Virus record (IMG/VR): IMGVR_UViG_3300027977_000020 | Reading direction: 5' to 3' (one strand) | DNA length: 64,000 nucleotides | Origin: an uncultured virus (IMG/VR IMGVR_UViG_3300027977_000020) | Lineage: Duplodnaviria; Heunggongvirae; Uroviricota; Caudoviricetes | In this document: positions 18,120-28,310 of the stretch, piece by piece | Layout: every line of letters begins with the position of its first letter | How positions within the stretch are numbered: the first letter of the stretch is position 1 | Notes under the pieces: model-generated | The model's input: the letters and a program-made list of their open reading frames with translations, nothing else | The model's database searches: none | Told to the model about the DNA's origin: nothing | Translations under genes and position numbers: made by a program

Positions 18120-18953
18120 ATGGTATTTATCGCAGGCAAATTCTCAGCTGATGAAATCCTTTGTCAGATTCCCCCACACACACTACGAATTGATTTGCAG
18201 GCTCGTCGTTGGAAATCCGACAGTGATCCTGAAGCGGCCATCGTTGACACTAACGACAATGGCATACCCATCGAGTTTATCTTGCTTGGCTTCACGCCAT
18301 TCTTTGGTAACCTCGGCATGCGGGCGCACGAAGAATTTATACGAATTAGTTTTATCGGTGTTTCACCGAATCATCGTCTACTACCTCCACGGTGTGTCTG
18401 CACGAGCATCATCAGCGGTAAGTCAAGCCAAAAAAACTTTATCACGTACTTCCAGACGTTGTATAACAATCGTATAAATGTAGGTGAAGTAGTAACGAGT
18501 ACGAAGTTTGTGCAGAAATCTTTTAATGAACGCGATGCTTTTACAGGAGCTGATGGTCCAAAAATAAACTACAACGCATTAGAGTTTAAGGATCGGCCTT
18601 CACAGAATGACGAGGAGAAAAAGCTCATACAGGATGTATCTTCCTGGCTTGAGACTTCTGGAACAGAGCTGGTATCAGCTGCATTACGTTCTTCTATCCC
18701 CGGTTCTAATCTGGTTGAATTACCTCTGGGTGAAGACCACGGTGGTATTAAGGAAGCTTTTATGGAGGCTCACCCCAAAAGATTAGAGAGTTCTTTCGAA
18801 ACGCCAAAGGCTTCTTTGCCTCCGGCTGCTGAAGCTCCAAAAAAAGCTGAGGCTGAAGTACCTCAAGCAACGCCAGCTCAAAAACCAGCTAAGGGACGAG
18901 AGCTGAATGAAGAACAGAAAGCTGCTCTAAAAGCGGCTGGTCTGGATTTTTGA
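18120..18953 (+). CDS. Hypothetical replication-cluster protein
   Basis: 277-aa ORF with low-complexity tail ending LDF. Confidence 0.7.
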   Translation: MVFIAGKFSADEILCQIPPHTLRIDLQARRWKSDSDPEAAIVDTNDNGIPIEFILLGFTPFFGNLGMRAHEEFIRISFIGVSPNHRLLPPRCVCTSIISGKSSQKNFITYFQTLYNNRINVGEVVTSTKFVQKSFNERDAFTGADGPKINYNALEFKDRPSQNDEEKKLIQDVSSWLETSGTELVSAALRSSIPGSNLVELPLGEDHGGIKEAFMEAHPKRLESSFETPKASLPPAAEAPKKAEAEVPQATPAQKPAKGRELNEEQKAALKAAGLDF

Positions 18954-18981
18954 CGTAAACTGTCTAAGGACATGGGGAACG

Positions 18982-19007
18982 CGCCTTCGTTTGAAGGCGT
19001 TTTTTTT
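18982..19007 (+). terminator. Intrinsic terminator
   Basis: CGCCTTC-GTTT-GAAGGCG followed by T8. Confidence 0.75.
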
Positions 19008-19034
19008 CTACATTTTTAGAACGATTTGGTGTCA

Positions 19035-19568
19035 ATGGCGTTTTACCACGTGCCGAAATTCATTTTTGGCCCTATTGCCGATTCAAAATTGTGCTCAGGC
19101 ACGGTCCTATTACCAGCAGATTTTGACGGCCAACTCTTTGAACAAGTTAAAGACTCTAACGTAACAGACATTATTACGAACACATCAGAACAAAACATCC
19201 AAGATAAAAACTGGTGGGAAAACCAGAGAGGTAAGGTTGACTGGGTGATTGCGATAACACAAGGACTAGGTGAATACACGCCGTGGGTCATTGAATACGG
19301 TTTAGACGTGGCAAAACAAGGAATATGCATACTGGATCGCATCACTTTTTTGGAACCTGTGCGGAGTCGCGAAACCTTTCTTAAATCAGCTTCCTTAGTA
19401 AATCTAAAGATTCTAAGCCCTAGACCATCATTTCGTGCAGATGGTAAGCAACTAAAGGACTCAGTAACCTCAGCGTGGTTTGTTTTCAAAAAAGATGGAC
19501 AAAAATTTACGAGTACAGTTATCGAGTACGAAGTAGGCTGGCTGCGCCCAAAGACCCCTCAACCATGA
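19035..19568 (+). CDS. Phage DNA methyltransferase homologue with degenerate motifs
   Basis: FY.VP, DWVI, RITFLEP, PRPSF and SAWFVF match small phage amino-MTases, but the NPPF position reads AITQ. Confidence 0.65.
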   Translation: MAFYHVPKFIFGPIADSKLCSGTVLLPADFDGQLFEQVKDSNVTDIITNTSEQNIQDKNWWENQRGKVDWVIAITQGLGEYTPWVIEYGLDVAKQGICILDRITFLEPVRSRETFLKSASLVNLKILSPRPSFRADGKQLKDSVTSAWFVFKKDGQKFTSTVIEYEVGWLRPKTPQP

Positions 19569-19876
19569 GTAAACAACTCTATAAGGCCTTGGACCAACTT
19601 ATTGCTCTACAAAAGGAGCAGTGTCTAAAGCTGGACAAAATAGCGGCAGTGTTGATAAGTACACAACTACTCACTGAGTGCGTGGATTACCACGGGGAAG
19701 CAAGATCAGCTGAGGATTGTGCATCAATCACATTAGATGGTTTCTCGTCCGCGCTGTGTCTAATGAATGATTTAGATCAGCGTAACCGTGACTATCAATA
19801 TCAAGCTAGTGAGTTCTTTGTAGACGATGACGAAGAAGACGAAGAAGAAAATGATGTTATCTCGGATTCCTTCTAG
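19565..19876 (+). CDS. Hypothetical protein with acidic tail
   Basis: ATGA-coupled ORF; DDDEEDEEE C-terminus. Confidence 0.65.
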   Translation: MSKQLYKALDQLIALQKEQCLKLDKIAAVLISTQLLTECVDYHGEARSAEDCASITLDGFSSALCLMNDLDQRNRDYQYQASEFFVDDDEEDEEENDVISDSF

Positions 19877-19901
19877 AATTACATAAGTTGACACGCACAT
19901 T

Positions 19902-20681
19902 GTGTCCCAAACAAGGGTAACTTTAAACGGACTAAGGCATTACGTTTGTAATGGTGTTCCTAAACCACTTCCTTCTGTCACGTCGATCTTAAGCACAGCT
20001 CAAACAGAAAAAACGCGACAAAAACTCGCGACTTGGAATCTGTTAAACCCAGGTGTTGCCGACCAAGCAGCCGAAAGAGGAACGTGGATTCACGGTAGTG
20101 CAGAAAACTACCTAAAGGGATTGAGAGTCGTTCCGCCTGAAAAATATAAACCTTATTGGGATGGTGTGCCTGAGTTACTTGATAACTTACTTAAAGGGGG
20201 ACGAGTGTTGTGGTCAGAAAAACCATTCAACCAACCCAAGTGGAGTAAGTATGTTGGAGACGACGGAGTCGGAAGAATTCACTACTACGATCCAGTAACG
20301 GGTCACGGATACGCTGGCTGTTGTGACCTAATCTACATGAACGAAAATGCCGAGATCATCTTGGCTGACTTCAAAACCAGTAACGGACCTTACGCAGCAA
20401 AGTTTCCTAGAAAAGAACAAGCAATGAGCGAAGAAATACGAAAAGCTTTAGTCTCCGGTGTTTTTAAAGTTAAGAAAACACGACTGCAGTTAGCAGCTTA
20501 TAAAGCAGCAGCTGAAAGTTGTTTAGGTATTAAGATAAACAAAACGCAAATAATTGTCGCCACAGCGATTAAAGAATTCAACACTCAAATATTTACGTTC
20601 GGCCCTGAAGAAATTGAAAGAGACGAAGAAAGTTGGTTTGAAGTTGTGAAACAATATTACGATATGCAACAAGTAACTTAA
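19902..20681 (+). CDS. PD-(D/E)XK exonuclease (Cas4/RecB-like fold)
   Basis: LPSVTSIL, RGT.IH, SEK, YAGCCDL, DFKTS and QLAAY. Confidence 0.85.
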   Translation: MSQTRVTLNGLRHYVCNGVPKPLPSVTSILSTAQTEKTRQKLATWNLLNPGVADQAAERGTWIHGSAENYLKGLRVVPPEKYKPYWDGVPELLDNLLKGGRVLWSEKPFNQPKWSKYVGDDGVGRIHYYDPVTGHGYAGCCDLIYMNENAEIILADFKTSNGPYAAKFPRKEQAMSEEIRKALVSGVFKVKKTRLQLAAYKAAAESCLGIKINKTQIIVATAIKEFNTQIFTFGPEEIERDEESWFEVVKQYYDMQQVT

Positions 20682-20778
20682 TGATCCGATCGAGCATAGG
20701 GAAACACACGATGTCTAAAGAATTTATTTCGGGTGCACAACCCCTTTTGTTGGCAGACTAAGCTATCCAAGACACGTC

Positions 20779-23556
20779 ATGAAGTTCATTTGTTCTGTAA
20801 ACGAAGTAGTCGCTCAGCACGTCCATCCAAAAACTGGAAAGATACCTGTAGGCGGAAACTTTGCAGCATTCAACCTTAATTGGGTAGCAAAGGAGCTGAC
20901 TGCGTCAGATCTAGCAACCGAGTTATCACAGGGTTATGGTCTATGCGCGTGGCACCTACTTGAAGGCAAGAGACAATCCGAATCGACCGGCGTAATTAAA
21001 GCCGGAATGATCATAGTTGATATAGATAACCAGGAAGATCGGAAAGATTCCGATGGAAACAAGGTACAGAGACAAGAACTTACTTTTGACCAAGCACTCG
21101 AACTAGATATTTGCAAAAAATATCTAACGCTTGCCTATTACTCTCCCTCAACAACATCAGAGTGGCCACGGTTCAGATTAGTTTTTGGTTTAGAGAAACC
21201 GATAATTGACCCAGGGTTTTATAAATTTTTTACACAGAAAATATACGCACAGATTCCTGGTTCAGATATAAGAGCTACAACAGTACCCAACCTTTTTTAT
21301 GGCCCCAAAAAAGGTGAGAAAGTTTTTGAAATATCTGGGAACTACATCCCAGCTTCAAAACAAGATGAAGCTCACAAAGTATATTTAGCTACACCAAAAG
21401 AAGAAAGCCGGGACGATAAGACTGCCGAAGACATAATGAATACATTAACAATCAGTGAAGAAGGACTAGATCTTAAAAAATTGGTGTCAACTACTGTACG
21501 CTCAGTTTTAGATGGCGAGGCAGTAGAGGACCGAAGCTCAACAATGGCAGCGGTTTTTAAGGAGCTCATAGGCTGGAGTAATTGGTTGACAACACATGGT
21601 ATGCCTGTGTGCGCATCAGCGTTGACAGTAGCACACCAAGCGTTCTATAATATCTATGCCTACCCTCACGACCTGGACAGCAAATTTGACCGAATCTTAA
21701 ACTCGATAAAAGACGCGACTGACATCCAGCCTGCGATCGCTCTGGCTTCAGACTTAGGTTCTTTGGCCATATGGAAAAAAATTAAGAACATCGACTACAA
21801 GCTCTATCAACAACATGCGACTGAAGAGATCAAAGAACAACTCAAACAACTCAAAAAAGCACAAGTAAACGCTGTCCTAGATTTTTCTTCCTTTCTACTC
21901 GACAGCCCGATTGAAACCAAACCAGACACGGCTATCTCAAAAACTACACAAGAAAATCAAATGCAAGTCCCATCAACACCCACACAGCTGATCAACCTTC
22001 AAAACGCAGGGAATAGTCAAAACCGTCAGTTCTCTGAGAACGATGTCGCAGACATAATCGTCACTAATCAAGGCGACGACTTTCTGTACGACAGTAGCCT
22101 AGATCAGTTTTATCACTACGACTTTGATTACGATCTGTGGTATCAACAAGACGAACAACATATCAAACGAAGGATTGTTAAAGCACTCGACTCATTTGTT
22201 TTAGCTGGTGTATTGCCTAAATACACTTCAGCAACAATAAACAGTGTGTACTTAATACTGAAAGCCAAGCTTTTGCGCTCCGATGACGGAGGTAGAAAGA
22301 GTATTTGGAGTAAGTCAAAAGGTCTTATTGCTTTCCAGAACGGTGTACTAGACACGCGCACATTTGAATTCTTGGAGGGAAAACATAAAAATTTATTCTT
22401 AAGACATAAACTGCAATACGCTTACAACGGTAAGGCAAAGTGCCCGGAGTTTAAAGCCTGGTTAAAGAGCTCTCTTAATGCGGGCCAGGAGCTTCTGATT
22501 CAAGCTTTTGCCCGAGCAATACTAACGGGTTATACAGCAGGAGAACGGTTTTTACACTTAGTCGGTCCTGGCGGAACAGGAAAGTCAACCATGCAACAAA
22601 TCATGGTTGCGTTAGCAGGCTTTCACGGAACACATACGTCTAGCCTTGAGATTATTGAGACTAACAAATTTGAAACGTACAACCTAATCAGCAAGCGCTT
22701 GCTGTTGCTTACAGACGAAAGCAACTACAACAAACGTATGGACATACTTAAAAAGCTCACCTCCGCCTCAGATACACTACGTGCCGAGCGAAAGTACGGC
22801 AAAGAGATTATCAGTTTTAAACCTGAGTGCTTGGTCTGTATAGCTAGTAACGAACACATAACGTCTAACGATTCTAGTAGTGGACTCGAAAGGAGACGAC
22901 TTACGATTCTTATGGACAAGGTTGTACCTCCTAGTTCCAGAAAAGAACTAATCAGTGTCCACGATGATCACATCGAAGGGTCGTTTGAACCTGAAATGAG
23001 TGGCATCGTCACATGGGCGCTGTCTATGTCTTACGACCAAATGAAGGATGTTTTAGCTAACCCAACTAAGCATGTGCCTTCACTCAACAAGACAAATATA
23101 GATGCGCTCTTGTTCAATAACCAATTTGTTTCGTGGCTTAACGACTGTTGTCTGTATGCACCAAATACGCACACACCTATTGGTCAAGGAGCACGAAAGC
23201 CCTCGGTGGATGAATCCGAAAAAGGTATGTACGTATCAAACTCATATGGTGCTCTGTATCCTAGCTATGCAAACTTCTGCAAGGCCTGTGGCTATAAGCC
23301 AGCAGCTAAACACAGATTCATTGAGCGAACCAAAGAAGCTCTAATCAACATCCTTAAACTGGACGGCATTGAGCTTCTGTTAAAAGATGGTATTCCTTCT
23401 ATGAAGGGTTTGCGTTTGAAAGGATATGATCTAAAGTCGGACCGGGCTGCAACCGGGCCTGATCGACTGCCCTCACCAGTTGAGTTTGCTCAAGATCCCA
23501 CGACATCCATCTGGAACTCTGCCTTTCAAAAACATGACACGCCTACCGAAACTTGA
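20779..23556 (+). CDS. Primase-helicase (AEP-like N-terminus, D5/P4-type SF3 helicase)
   Basis: VDID and SPS..WPRFRLVF at the N-terminus; FQNGVLD, GPGGTGKST, DE, RAERKY, ASN and RR in the helicase region. Confidence 0.9.
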   Translation: MKFICSVNEVVAQHVHPKTGKIPVGGNFAAFNLNWVAKELTASDLATELSQGYGLCAWHLLEGKRQSESTGVIKAGMIIVDIDNQEDRKDSDGNKVQRQELTFDQALELDICKKYLTLAYYSPSTTSEWPRFRLVFGLEKPIIDPGFYKFFTQKIYAQIPGSDIRATTVPNLFYGPKKGEKVFEISGNYIPASKQDEAHKVYLATPKEESRDDKTAEDIMNTLTISEEGLDLKKLVSTTVRSVLDGEAVEDRSSTMAAVFKELIGWSNWLTTHGMPVCASALTVAHQAFYNIYAYPHDLDSKFDRILNSIKDATDIQPAIALASDLGSLAIWKKIKNIDYKLYQQHATEEIKEQLKQLKKAQVNAVLDFSSFLLDSPIETKPDTAISKTTQENQMQVPSTPTQLINLQNAGNSQNRQFSENDVADIIVTNQGDDFLYDSSLDQFYHYDFDYDLWYQQDEQHIKRRIVKALDSFVLAGVLPKYTSATINSVYLILKAKLLRSDDGGRKSIWSKSKGLIAFQNGVLDTRTFEFLEGKHKNLFLRHKLQYAYNGKAKCPEFKAWLKSSLNAGQELLIQAFARAILTGYTAGERFLHLVGPGGTGKSTMQQIMVALAGFHGTHTSSLEIIETNKFETYNLISKRLLLLTDESNYNKRMDILKKLTSASDTLRAERKYGKEIISFKPECLVCIASNEHITSNDSSSGLERRRLTILMDKVVPPSSRKELISVHDDHIEGSFEPEMSGIVTWALSMSYDQMKDVLANPTKHVPSLNKTNIDALLFNNQFVSWLNDCCLYAPNTHTPIGQGARKPSVDESEKGMYVSNSYGALYPSYANFCKACGYKPAAKHRFIERTKEALINILKLDGIELLLKDGIPSMKGLRLKGYDLKSDRAATGPDRLPSPVEFAQDPTTSIWNSAFQKHDTPTET

Positions 23557-24115
23557 TCTAACACTAGTAATCGCCGGAGTCCTAGGGATCGGTGCCTACA
23601 CAGCAGTGGCTTCTCCTGAAAACCTTGGAGCAGCTCTTGCTTTTGGAGGAGGTTTACTAGGAGGTGCCAGTATTGTGCGCGAACGTTCGTGGGCTGCCAA
23701 GAGTCAAGAGGAGACTTCAATAAAAGTCACGTCAACTTTTACAGCTCTTTACGAAAATAATGGTGGTCTTGTTGATCCTTTTCAACTCGCGTACCTTGCA
23801 AACATCGAGCCTGAACGTGCCTACGCATTCTTATCTTCCCTTGCTCAGAACACAGGTGGAAAAACAATAAACGTTAAAAATGAAGGCCACGTGGTCTTTG
23901 AGTTTCCGCATACAAAAAGTACGCTTGAAGAACTCACTCTCAATGCACAAAACTGGGTTAAAGCTCAGAATCAAGAACTGGTGTTAGAGCTCCAGAAACA
24001 CAAACAGTTTATTAGTCTTCTTCAAGCTCAACAGGCTCAGCAAGCACAACAAGCTAGAACAAATGCTTTAGCCTCTTCTGAGACTCAGTCAGATATAGAC
24101 CCTTGGACTAGGTAG
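23534..24115 (+). CDS. Hypothetical membrane protein
   Basis: Two N-terminal hydrophobic segments; Q-rich tail. Confidence 0.65.
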   Translation: MTRLPKLDLTLVIAGVLGIGAYTAVASPENLGAALAFGGGLLGGASIVRERSWAAKSQEETSIKVTSTFTALYENNGGLVDPFQLAYLANIEPERAYAFLSSLAQNTGGKTINVKNEGHVVFEFPHTKSTLEELTLNAQNWVKAQNQELVLELQKHKQFISLLQAQQAQQAQQARTNALASSETQSDIDPWTR

Positions 24116-24800
24116 GCTCACCAAAGTCCCAACCAGCTAAAGAGGGATCGTCAACGGTTTTAATTGCTTTGTAAACAATAGGAAGCTCTTTCTTTAAAAT
24201 ACGTCCAATGCTGTGGGCTATATTCCGATGCTCTAGTTGAGTGTTCTCTTTGCCACGCAGGCCAACGTAATGAATAAAAGATCTTATTGTGCCACTCATA
24301 TGCACTCTTGTTGTTGTGTACTCTGGTAAAACATTTCGTGCACACTCTTTTGCTATTCCAAGCTCAAGCATCTCGCGGTATACACTTTTAATATCTTGAT
24401 CAATAAACTTAAGTTTCTCCCAAAAGTAGTTTCGTAGATCTCCTGATATCTCTTCTGCGCTGCTCTGTCGGTTAGTCTCCGCTTGTAGTCGCAGATCAAA
24501 TTTGAACTCGTCTTTTACATCAGGTAAAACTTCACTTGGGTCTGAATACCTTTGCGACAACTCTTGAAAGGTAAAACTACGGTGCCTTAGTAGTTGCGGC
24601 GAAATAGCCCGAGTTGTAGCTATCTCAAAGGATGCCGAAGCTTGTTCAAAGACACTCCAGTGCCCATGCCGAACACAAAAACTTAAGAGTCTAGTAAATT
24701 CTTCTCTATCTGGATCTTTGGTTGATACTCGTGCGTGACGAGCAATAGTTTTTTCAGATTTTGGTGTGATCCAATTGAGCTCAGCCGAATGAAGCTTCAC
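24108..24800 (-). CDS. thyX: Flavin-dependent thymidylate synthase
   Basis: HWSVFE, RHRSFTFQELSQRY, ECAR.VLP and TQLEHR. Confidence 0.95.
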   Translation of the reverse strand: MKLHSAELNWITPKSEKTIARHARVSTKDPDREEFTRLLSFCVRHGHWSVFEQASASFEIATTRAISPQLLRHRSFTFQELSQRYSDPSEVLPDVKDEFKFDLRLQAETNRQSSAEEISGDLRNYFWEKLKFIDQDIKSVYREMLELGIAKECARNVLPEYTTTRVHMSGTIRSFIHYVGLRGKENTQLEHRNIAHSIGRILKKELPIVYKAIKTVDDPSLAGWDFGEPT

Positions 24801-24940
24801 TAGCTACGGGGGAACGCTTGTTGGTACCTTAATCTAGCAGTGAGTTCAGTTGGATTTGACACCAACCTAGCAACGTCAGCCGGACCCATTCCGAGACGCA
24901 TCCCCGCCATACGAATAGGTTCACCGCCGTTAGTCATCAT
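24800..24940 (-). CDS. 46-aa protein with RMAG motif (not in ORF track)
   Basis: MMTNGGEPIRMAGMRLGMGPADVARL...; overlaps both neighbours by 1 nt (TAATG, TAGTG). Confidence 0.65.
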   Translation of the reverse strand: MMTNGGEPIRMAGMRLGMGPADVARLVSNPTELTARLRYQQAFPRS

Positions 24941-25464
24941 TATTTTTTAACCCTGGGCATATTTAAAGGCATTTGCATAGGCAAAGACCCAGCCGTTCTG
25001 TAGCTTTGAGGATACGAAGCGTACGCTTTATCAGGTACATTTAAGAACGTTTGGTCAGGCGACGCAGTCAGGATTTGTAACTTTGCTCTCATATCAGGGG
25101 TCATAGTGTTTTGTGTATCAACTAGGTACTGAGCTTTACTCATATCAAGCGCCCGCATAGGCATCTTTAAAGAATCCTTATGGTTATACCCGGCTGGCCC
25201 AGTTAACTCTGCACTCTCAACAATATTTCCCTCGCCATATTGAATAGGACCAATAGGTTCGCGAGCATACTCACCACGGTCGCGACGATACTGGGTATAG
25301 ATCCGATTCATGTCATCAATTGTTATAGCCCGTCGAGCTTCAATTGCTTCAGCCGTATTGGCATACATCGAAGGCTTTTCAGTCGCAAGCGTACCAATTG
25401 GCTTAACTCGCTCAGCCATCGGGCCGAGACCGCCCGGACGTTGCATGAAGTTGTGCTTTTCCAT
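24940..25464 (-). CDS. Hypothetical protein
   Basis: 174-aa P/M-rich ORF. Confidence 0.65.
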   Translation of the reverse strand: MEKHNFMQRPGGLGPMAERVKPIGTLATEKPSMYANTAEAIEARRAITIDDMNRIYTQYRRDRGEYAREPIGPIQYGEGNIVESAELTGPAGYNHKDSLKMPMRALDMSKAQYLVDTQNTMTPDMRAKLQILTASPDQTFLNVPDKAYASYPQSYRTAGSLPMQMPLNMPRVKK

Positions 25465-25473
25465 TTTTCTAGT

Positions 25474-25707
25474 CTAACTCCGTTTGGGCTGTTTCTCGCG
25501 GTTAGTTTTTTCAGACACTACACGAAGATTTGAAGGGCTGTTGTCCTCGGGGTTGAAGTTTTTATGATCTACCTCCTTACCATCACCTTTATGTACGCGA
25601 CCATTTTTTTCCATGTATCGACGAGCTTTATTTCGTGCGGCACGACGTTTCTTCTGCTCCTCCGTACCTCCGTGCTCTCTATACTCCTTGGCGTAATCTC
25701 TAGCCAT
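25474..25707 (-). CDS. Small basic HNH-like protein
   Basis: RNKARR...GDGKEVDHK...DNSPSNLRV...NR. Confidence 0.7.
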   Translation of the reverse strand: MARDYAKEYREHGGTEEQKKRRAARNKARRYMEKNGRVHKGDGKEVDHKNFNPEDNSPSNLRVVSEKTNREKQPKRS

Positions 25708-26948
25708 TATTTGGACCCCTTGATATACCAACCACTCTTATCACCAGTAACCATCCACCGGGGGCCAAGATTCTTCTTGGAGTACAACTTACTCTTGCCG
25801 TCACTGGAGATATAGCCTCCCGAGACAAGATCTAAATCCCCGAACGGATCGTGAACAATAAGATTTTTTCTATCGGCAGTTACGCCTATACAACAAATCC
25901 AGTGACCCCCTCCCGTTGGTGCGGTGACAGGACCTTTATGAAGAATACCTATGGGAACCGGAATGCCTTTTTGCAACAAAGATTCGATATCACTCCACGT
26001 CCCAGTTTGAACAAAAGAGGCCGAAATTCCAAAATCTTTAAGAGCTTTAAGCTGCGACGAAGCTTCTGTGGTGTCCCCATAGCTATATACAACTTTTATA
26101 TACTCGTCATCTATGTTTATAGCTTCAGGATCTAAACCACTCAACATCATGGCGCAGCTACTTGAATAACATGTGCGCATAGGGTCTTTATAATTGTCAC
26201 GCTGCGAGTAGTAAGGCACCGCTAACCTAATTTCAGCAGTCGGTTTCTTTACAACATCTTTTTCTACATCGTTAATAATTTTCCAGTGGTCGGGAAAAAT
26301 CCACCAATCACCTGCGGGCTCGGCTGTAAGAAAGACTTTTTGATGGTTTTCACCTGCATACATCCTTAGTTCGGTCCACTGCCACGCTGAATCTTTCGGT
26401 ACAAACAGTTTTTCTTCAGGTTTTAGCTCATTGCTCGCTACCGGACGACGTTTTAGCCAAGTATCTTGTCTGGCTAAAATTGATTTTGACAACAAAGGAT
26501 GTTTAACTTTTTCTAAAAACAGTTTACGCTCGGCCTCACGACGACGTACTAATCCGGGAGACGCCTCTTCGCCACCGGCTTTTACCCAGCGTAAAAATTC
26601 AGCAGAGACAACTACTCGAGTCACTCCTTCGTTCAGTAATTTTAATAAAGTTGAGTTTATAAATGCTGTCGGACCTACATTAAAAGTGAACGAAACAAGA
26701 GCGTCATACTCATTCTGATTGAGTTTTGCTACAACAAAAGAACTTACACACTGCTGAGCACTCTCAGTATCACTCGCTAAGTAACGGTTAGCCTGCTCTT
26801 CAGTAATGGTAAGGCCTTCTTTAACGTCAGAACCCGTATGCCCATAACCAATTGTTAATATATTTGCGGGGCATCGGTAAGCAGTCAGCTCTAAGCCTTC
26901 AAACTCTTTAATTAAATCGAGTCCTTTTGAAGATAACCGCATGGCCAA
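25707..26948 (-). CDS. Endolysin: GH24 lysozyme plus C39-like peptidase
   Basis: LIKEFEG, TIGYGHT, ALVSFTFNVG, GLVRRREAE; C-terminal VPYYSQ, CYSSSCAM, GHW and HDP. Confidence 0.9.
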   Translation of the reverse strand: MAMRLSSKGLDLIKEFEGLELTAYRCPANILTIGYGHTGSDVKEGLTITEEQANRYLASDTESAQQCVSSFVVAKLNQNEYDALVSFTFNVGPTAFINSTLLKLLNEGVTRVVVSAEFLRWVKAGGEEASPGLVRRREAERKLFLEKVKHPLLSKSILARQDTWLKRRPVASNELKPEEKLFVPKDSAWQWTELRMYAGENHQKVFLTAEPAGDWWIFPDHWKIINDVEKDVVKKPTAEIRLAVPYYSQRDNYKDPMRTCYSSSCAMMLSGLDPEAINIDDEYIKVVYSYGDTTEASSQLKALKDFGISASFVQTGTWSDIESLLQKGIPVPIGILHKGPVTAPTGGGHWICCIGVTADRKNLIVHDPFGDLDLVSGGYISSDGKSKLYSKKNLGPRWMVTGDKSGWYIKGSK

Positions 26949-27035
26949 CGAACAAGCTTTAGGTACTCTTGCAAAGAACCAACAAAAAAGAAAGGTTCTT
27001 TTGGTTAACTACAGATAAAAAACAGAAAATAAATG

Positions 27036-27434
27036 TTACGCGGCAGTTATAGTCACCCGATACTCTGTAGCACTACGATCACTGCGGTCTACATACACAG
27101 TAGCTGTATCGTTGTTGGTTACTGAATAAGTAAAGCTTGAGTCAGCTCGACGAGTAATTTTAGGCGCTTCAGCTTCACCAGCTACAGTTCCATCTGCTTT
27201 AAGAACGCGCACACCACGCACAGCAAAAGCTTCAGCTGTCAAAGTAACGGTAGCTGTTCCTGTGGTTCCGTAAGTAATCTCGTAAACATCAGCTAAAGGA
27301 AAGGAACCATCCCCCGCAAACGAACGATAATTGTTTATAGTGACGTTAGATCCGTTACTAGTTCGGACCTGACCAAAACGGGTAATACCTTCGGGAGCAG
27401 CTCCAATCTCACGGTTGAACGTTACTTCAGCCAT
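27036..27434 (-). CDS. Hypothetical beta-rich protein, possibly structural
   Basis: 132-aa T/A/V-rich ORF. Confidence 0.65.
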   Translation of the reverse strand: MAEVTFNREIGAAPEGITRFGQVRTSNGSNVTINNYRSFAGDGSFPLADVYEITYGTTGTATVTLTAEAFAVRGVRVLKADGTVAGEAEAPKITRRADSSFTYSVTNNDTATVYVDRSDRSATEYRVTITAA

Positions 27435-27469
27435 TTTAAAAACCCACCTGTTTAGTAAGATTCTAAACC

Positions 27470-27805
27470 ATGGAAAACAAAAAGAACTACAACAGAGTGA
27501 ATGCCTTAATTTATGAACTTATTATCTTCTTAGAACAGATTTTTTCAGGTTTAACCAGAAATAAACTTATACAAAGGATTAAGGACAATTGTCAAGACGA
27601 TTGGACAGAGTTTAGAGTTTTGCTTTTTTTGGAGGAGCTAGATAAAGAGACAGCAGAAGTGCAAAAAAAATGGAAAGAGGAAGAACAAAAACTTATGAAA
27701 CCTATATACACTGAATTACCTCCAGATGGTTCCAACGCTCAGGATCTGTTAGGAGGCGAGATGAGACTTACTTCCCCTTGGATGCACGATAAGCCCGAGC
27801 CTTAG
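27470..27805 (+). CDS. Hypothetical protein
   Basis: 111-aa ORF, divergent from the upstream gene. Confidence 0.6.
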   Translation: MENKKNYNRVNALIYELIIFLEQIFSGLTRNKLIQRIKDNCQDDWTEFRVLLFLEELDKETAEVQKKWKEEEQKLMKPIYTELPPDGSNAQDLLGGEMRLTSPWMHDKPEP

Positions 27806-27980
27806 CACTTGCTCTTTTAGCAGTTTCAGTATTCTCTATATGAGTGTTAACTGGTTTACCACGCGTGGCAGCTTTCTTTTTTTCATCTGTTGCACGACGT
27901 TCTTCAGGAGACATATTTGCCCAAGCAGCCCTAGGTAAATACCTTTCAGTGCGACCTTTTTCGCGAGCTAAATCAGCCAT
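27768..27980 (-). CDS. Small basic phage protein
   Basis: ERYLPRAAW..MS.EE..AT..KK pattern. Confidence 0.65.
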   Translation of the reverse strand: MADLAREKGRTERYLPRAAWANMSPEERRATDEKKKAATRGKPVNTHIENTETAKRASAKARAYRASKGK

Positions 27981-28013
27981 GAGCTAAGGATTTCTTTGTC
28001 CTATTATCGTGCA

Positions 28014-28238
28014 CTATTTCTTTTTTTCGTACTCTTCTCGTGTGCCCCAGTCTTCCTTGCCCCATTTACTTAAACGATTTTCAGATGATTTCTTTCCTTC
28101 GTAGCTTCCACCCATTTCTTTGTAGTACTTTGTAGCTAACTGCATTGCCCTAGCGCTGTGGCCACCCATACGCTTCCTTGCCTTAGCCTTTGCTCGGGCC
28201 CACTTTTCAGGGTCTCTCTTTTTTGCAATTTCAGCCAT
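28014..28238 (-). CDS. Small basic phage protein
   Basis: SARAMQLA..YKEMGGSY.G...LSKWGKEDW pattern. Confidence 0.65.
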   Translation of the reverse strand: MAEIAKKRDPEKWARAKAKARKRMGGHSARAMQLATKYYKEMGGSYEGKKSSENRLSKWGKEDWGTREEYEKKK

Positions 28239-28310
28239 GTAAAATATTTCCGTGTGTTCTAGCGTAATTTAGCAAGTGCTACTATAATTTTAATAGATCT
28301 TGCCAAGAAA

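Noticed and set aside
19902..20681. Cas4-like nuclease as evidence of CRISPR-Cas
   Set aside because: Stand-alone phage exonuclease without the Cas4 Fe-S cysteine pattern; no array or other cas genes
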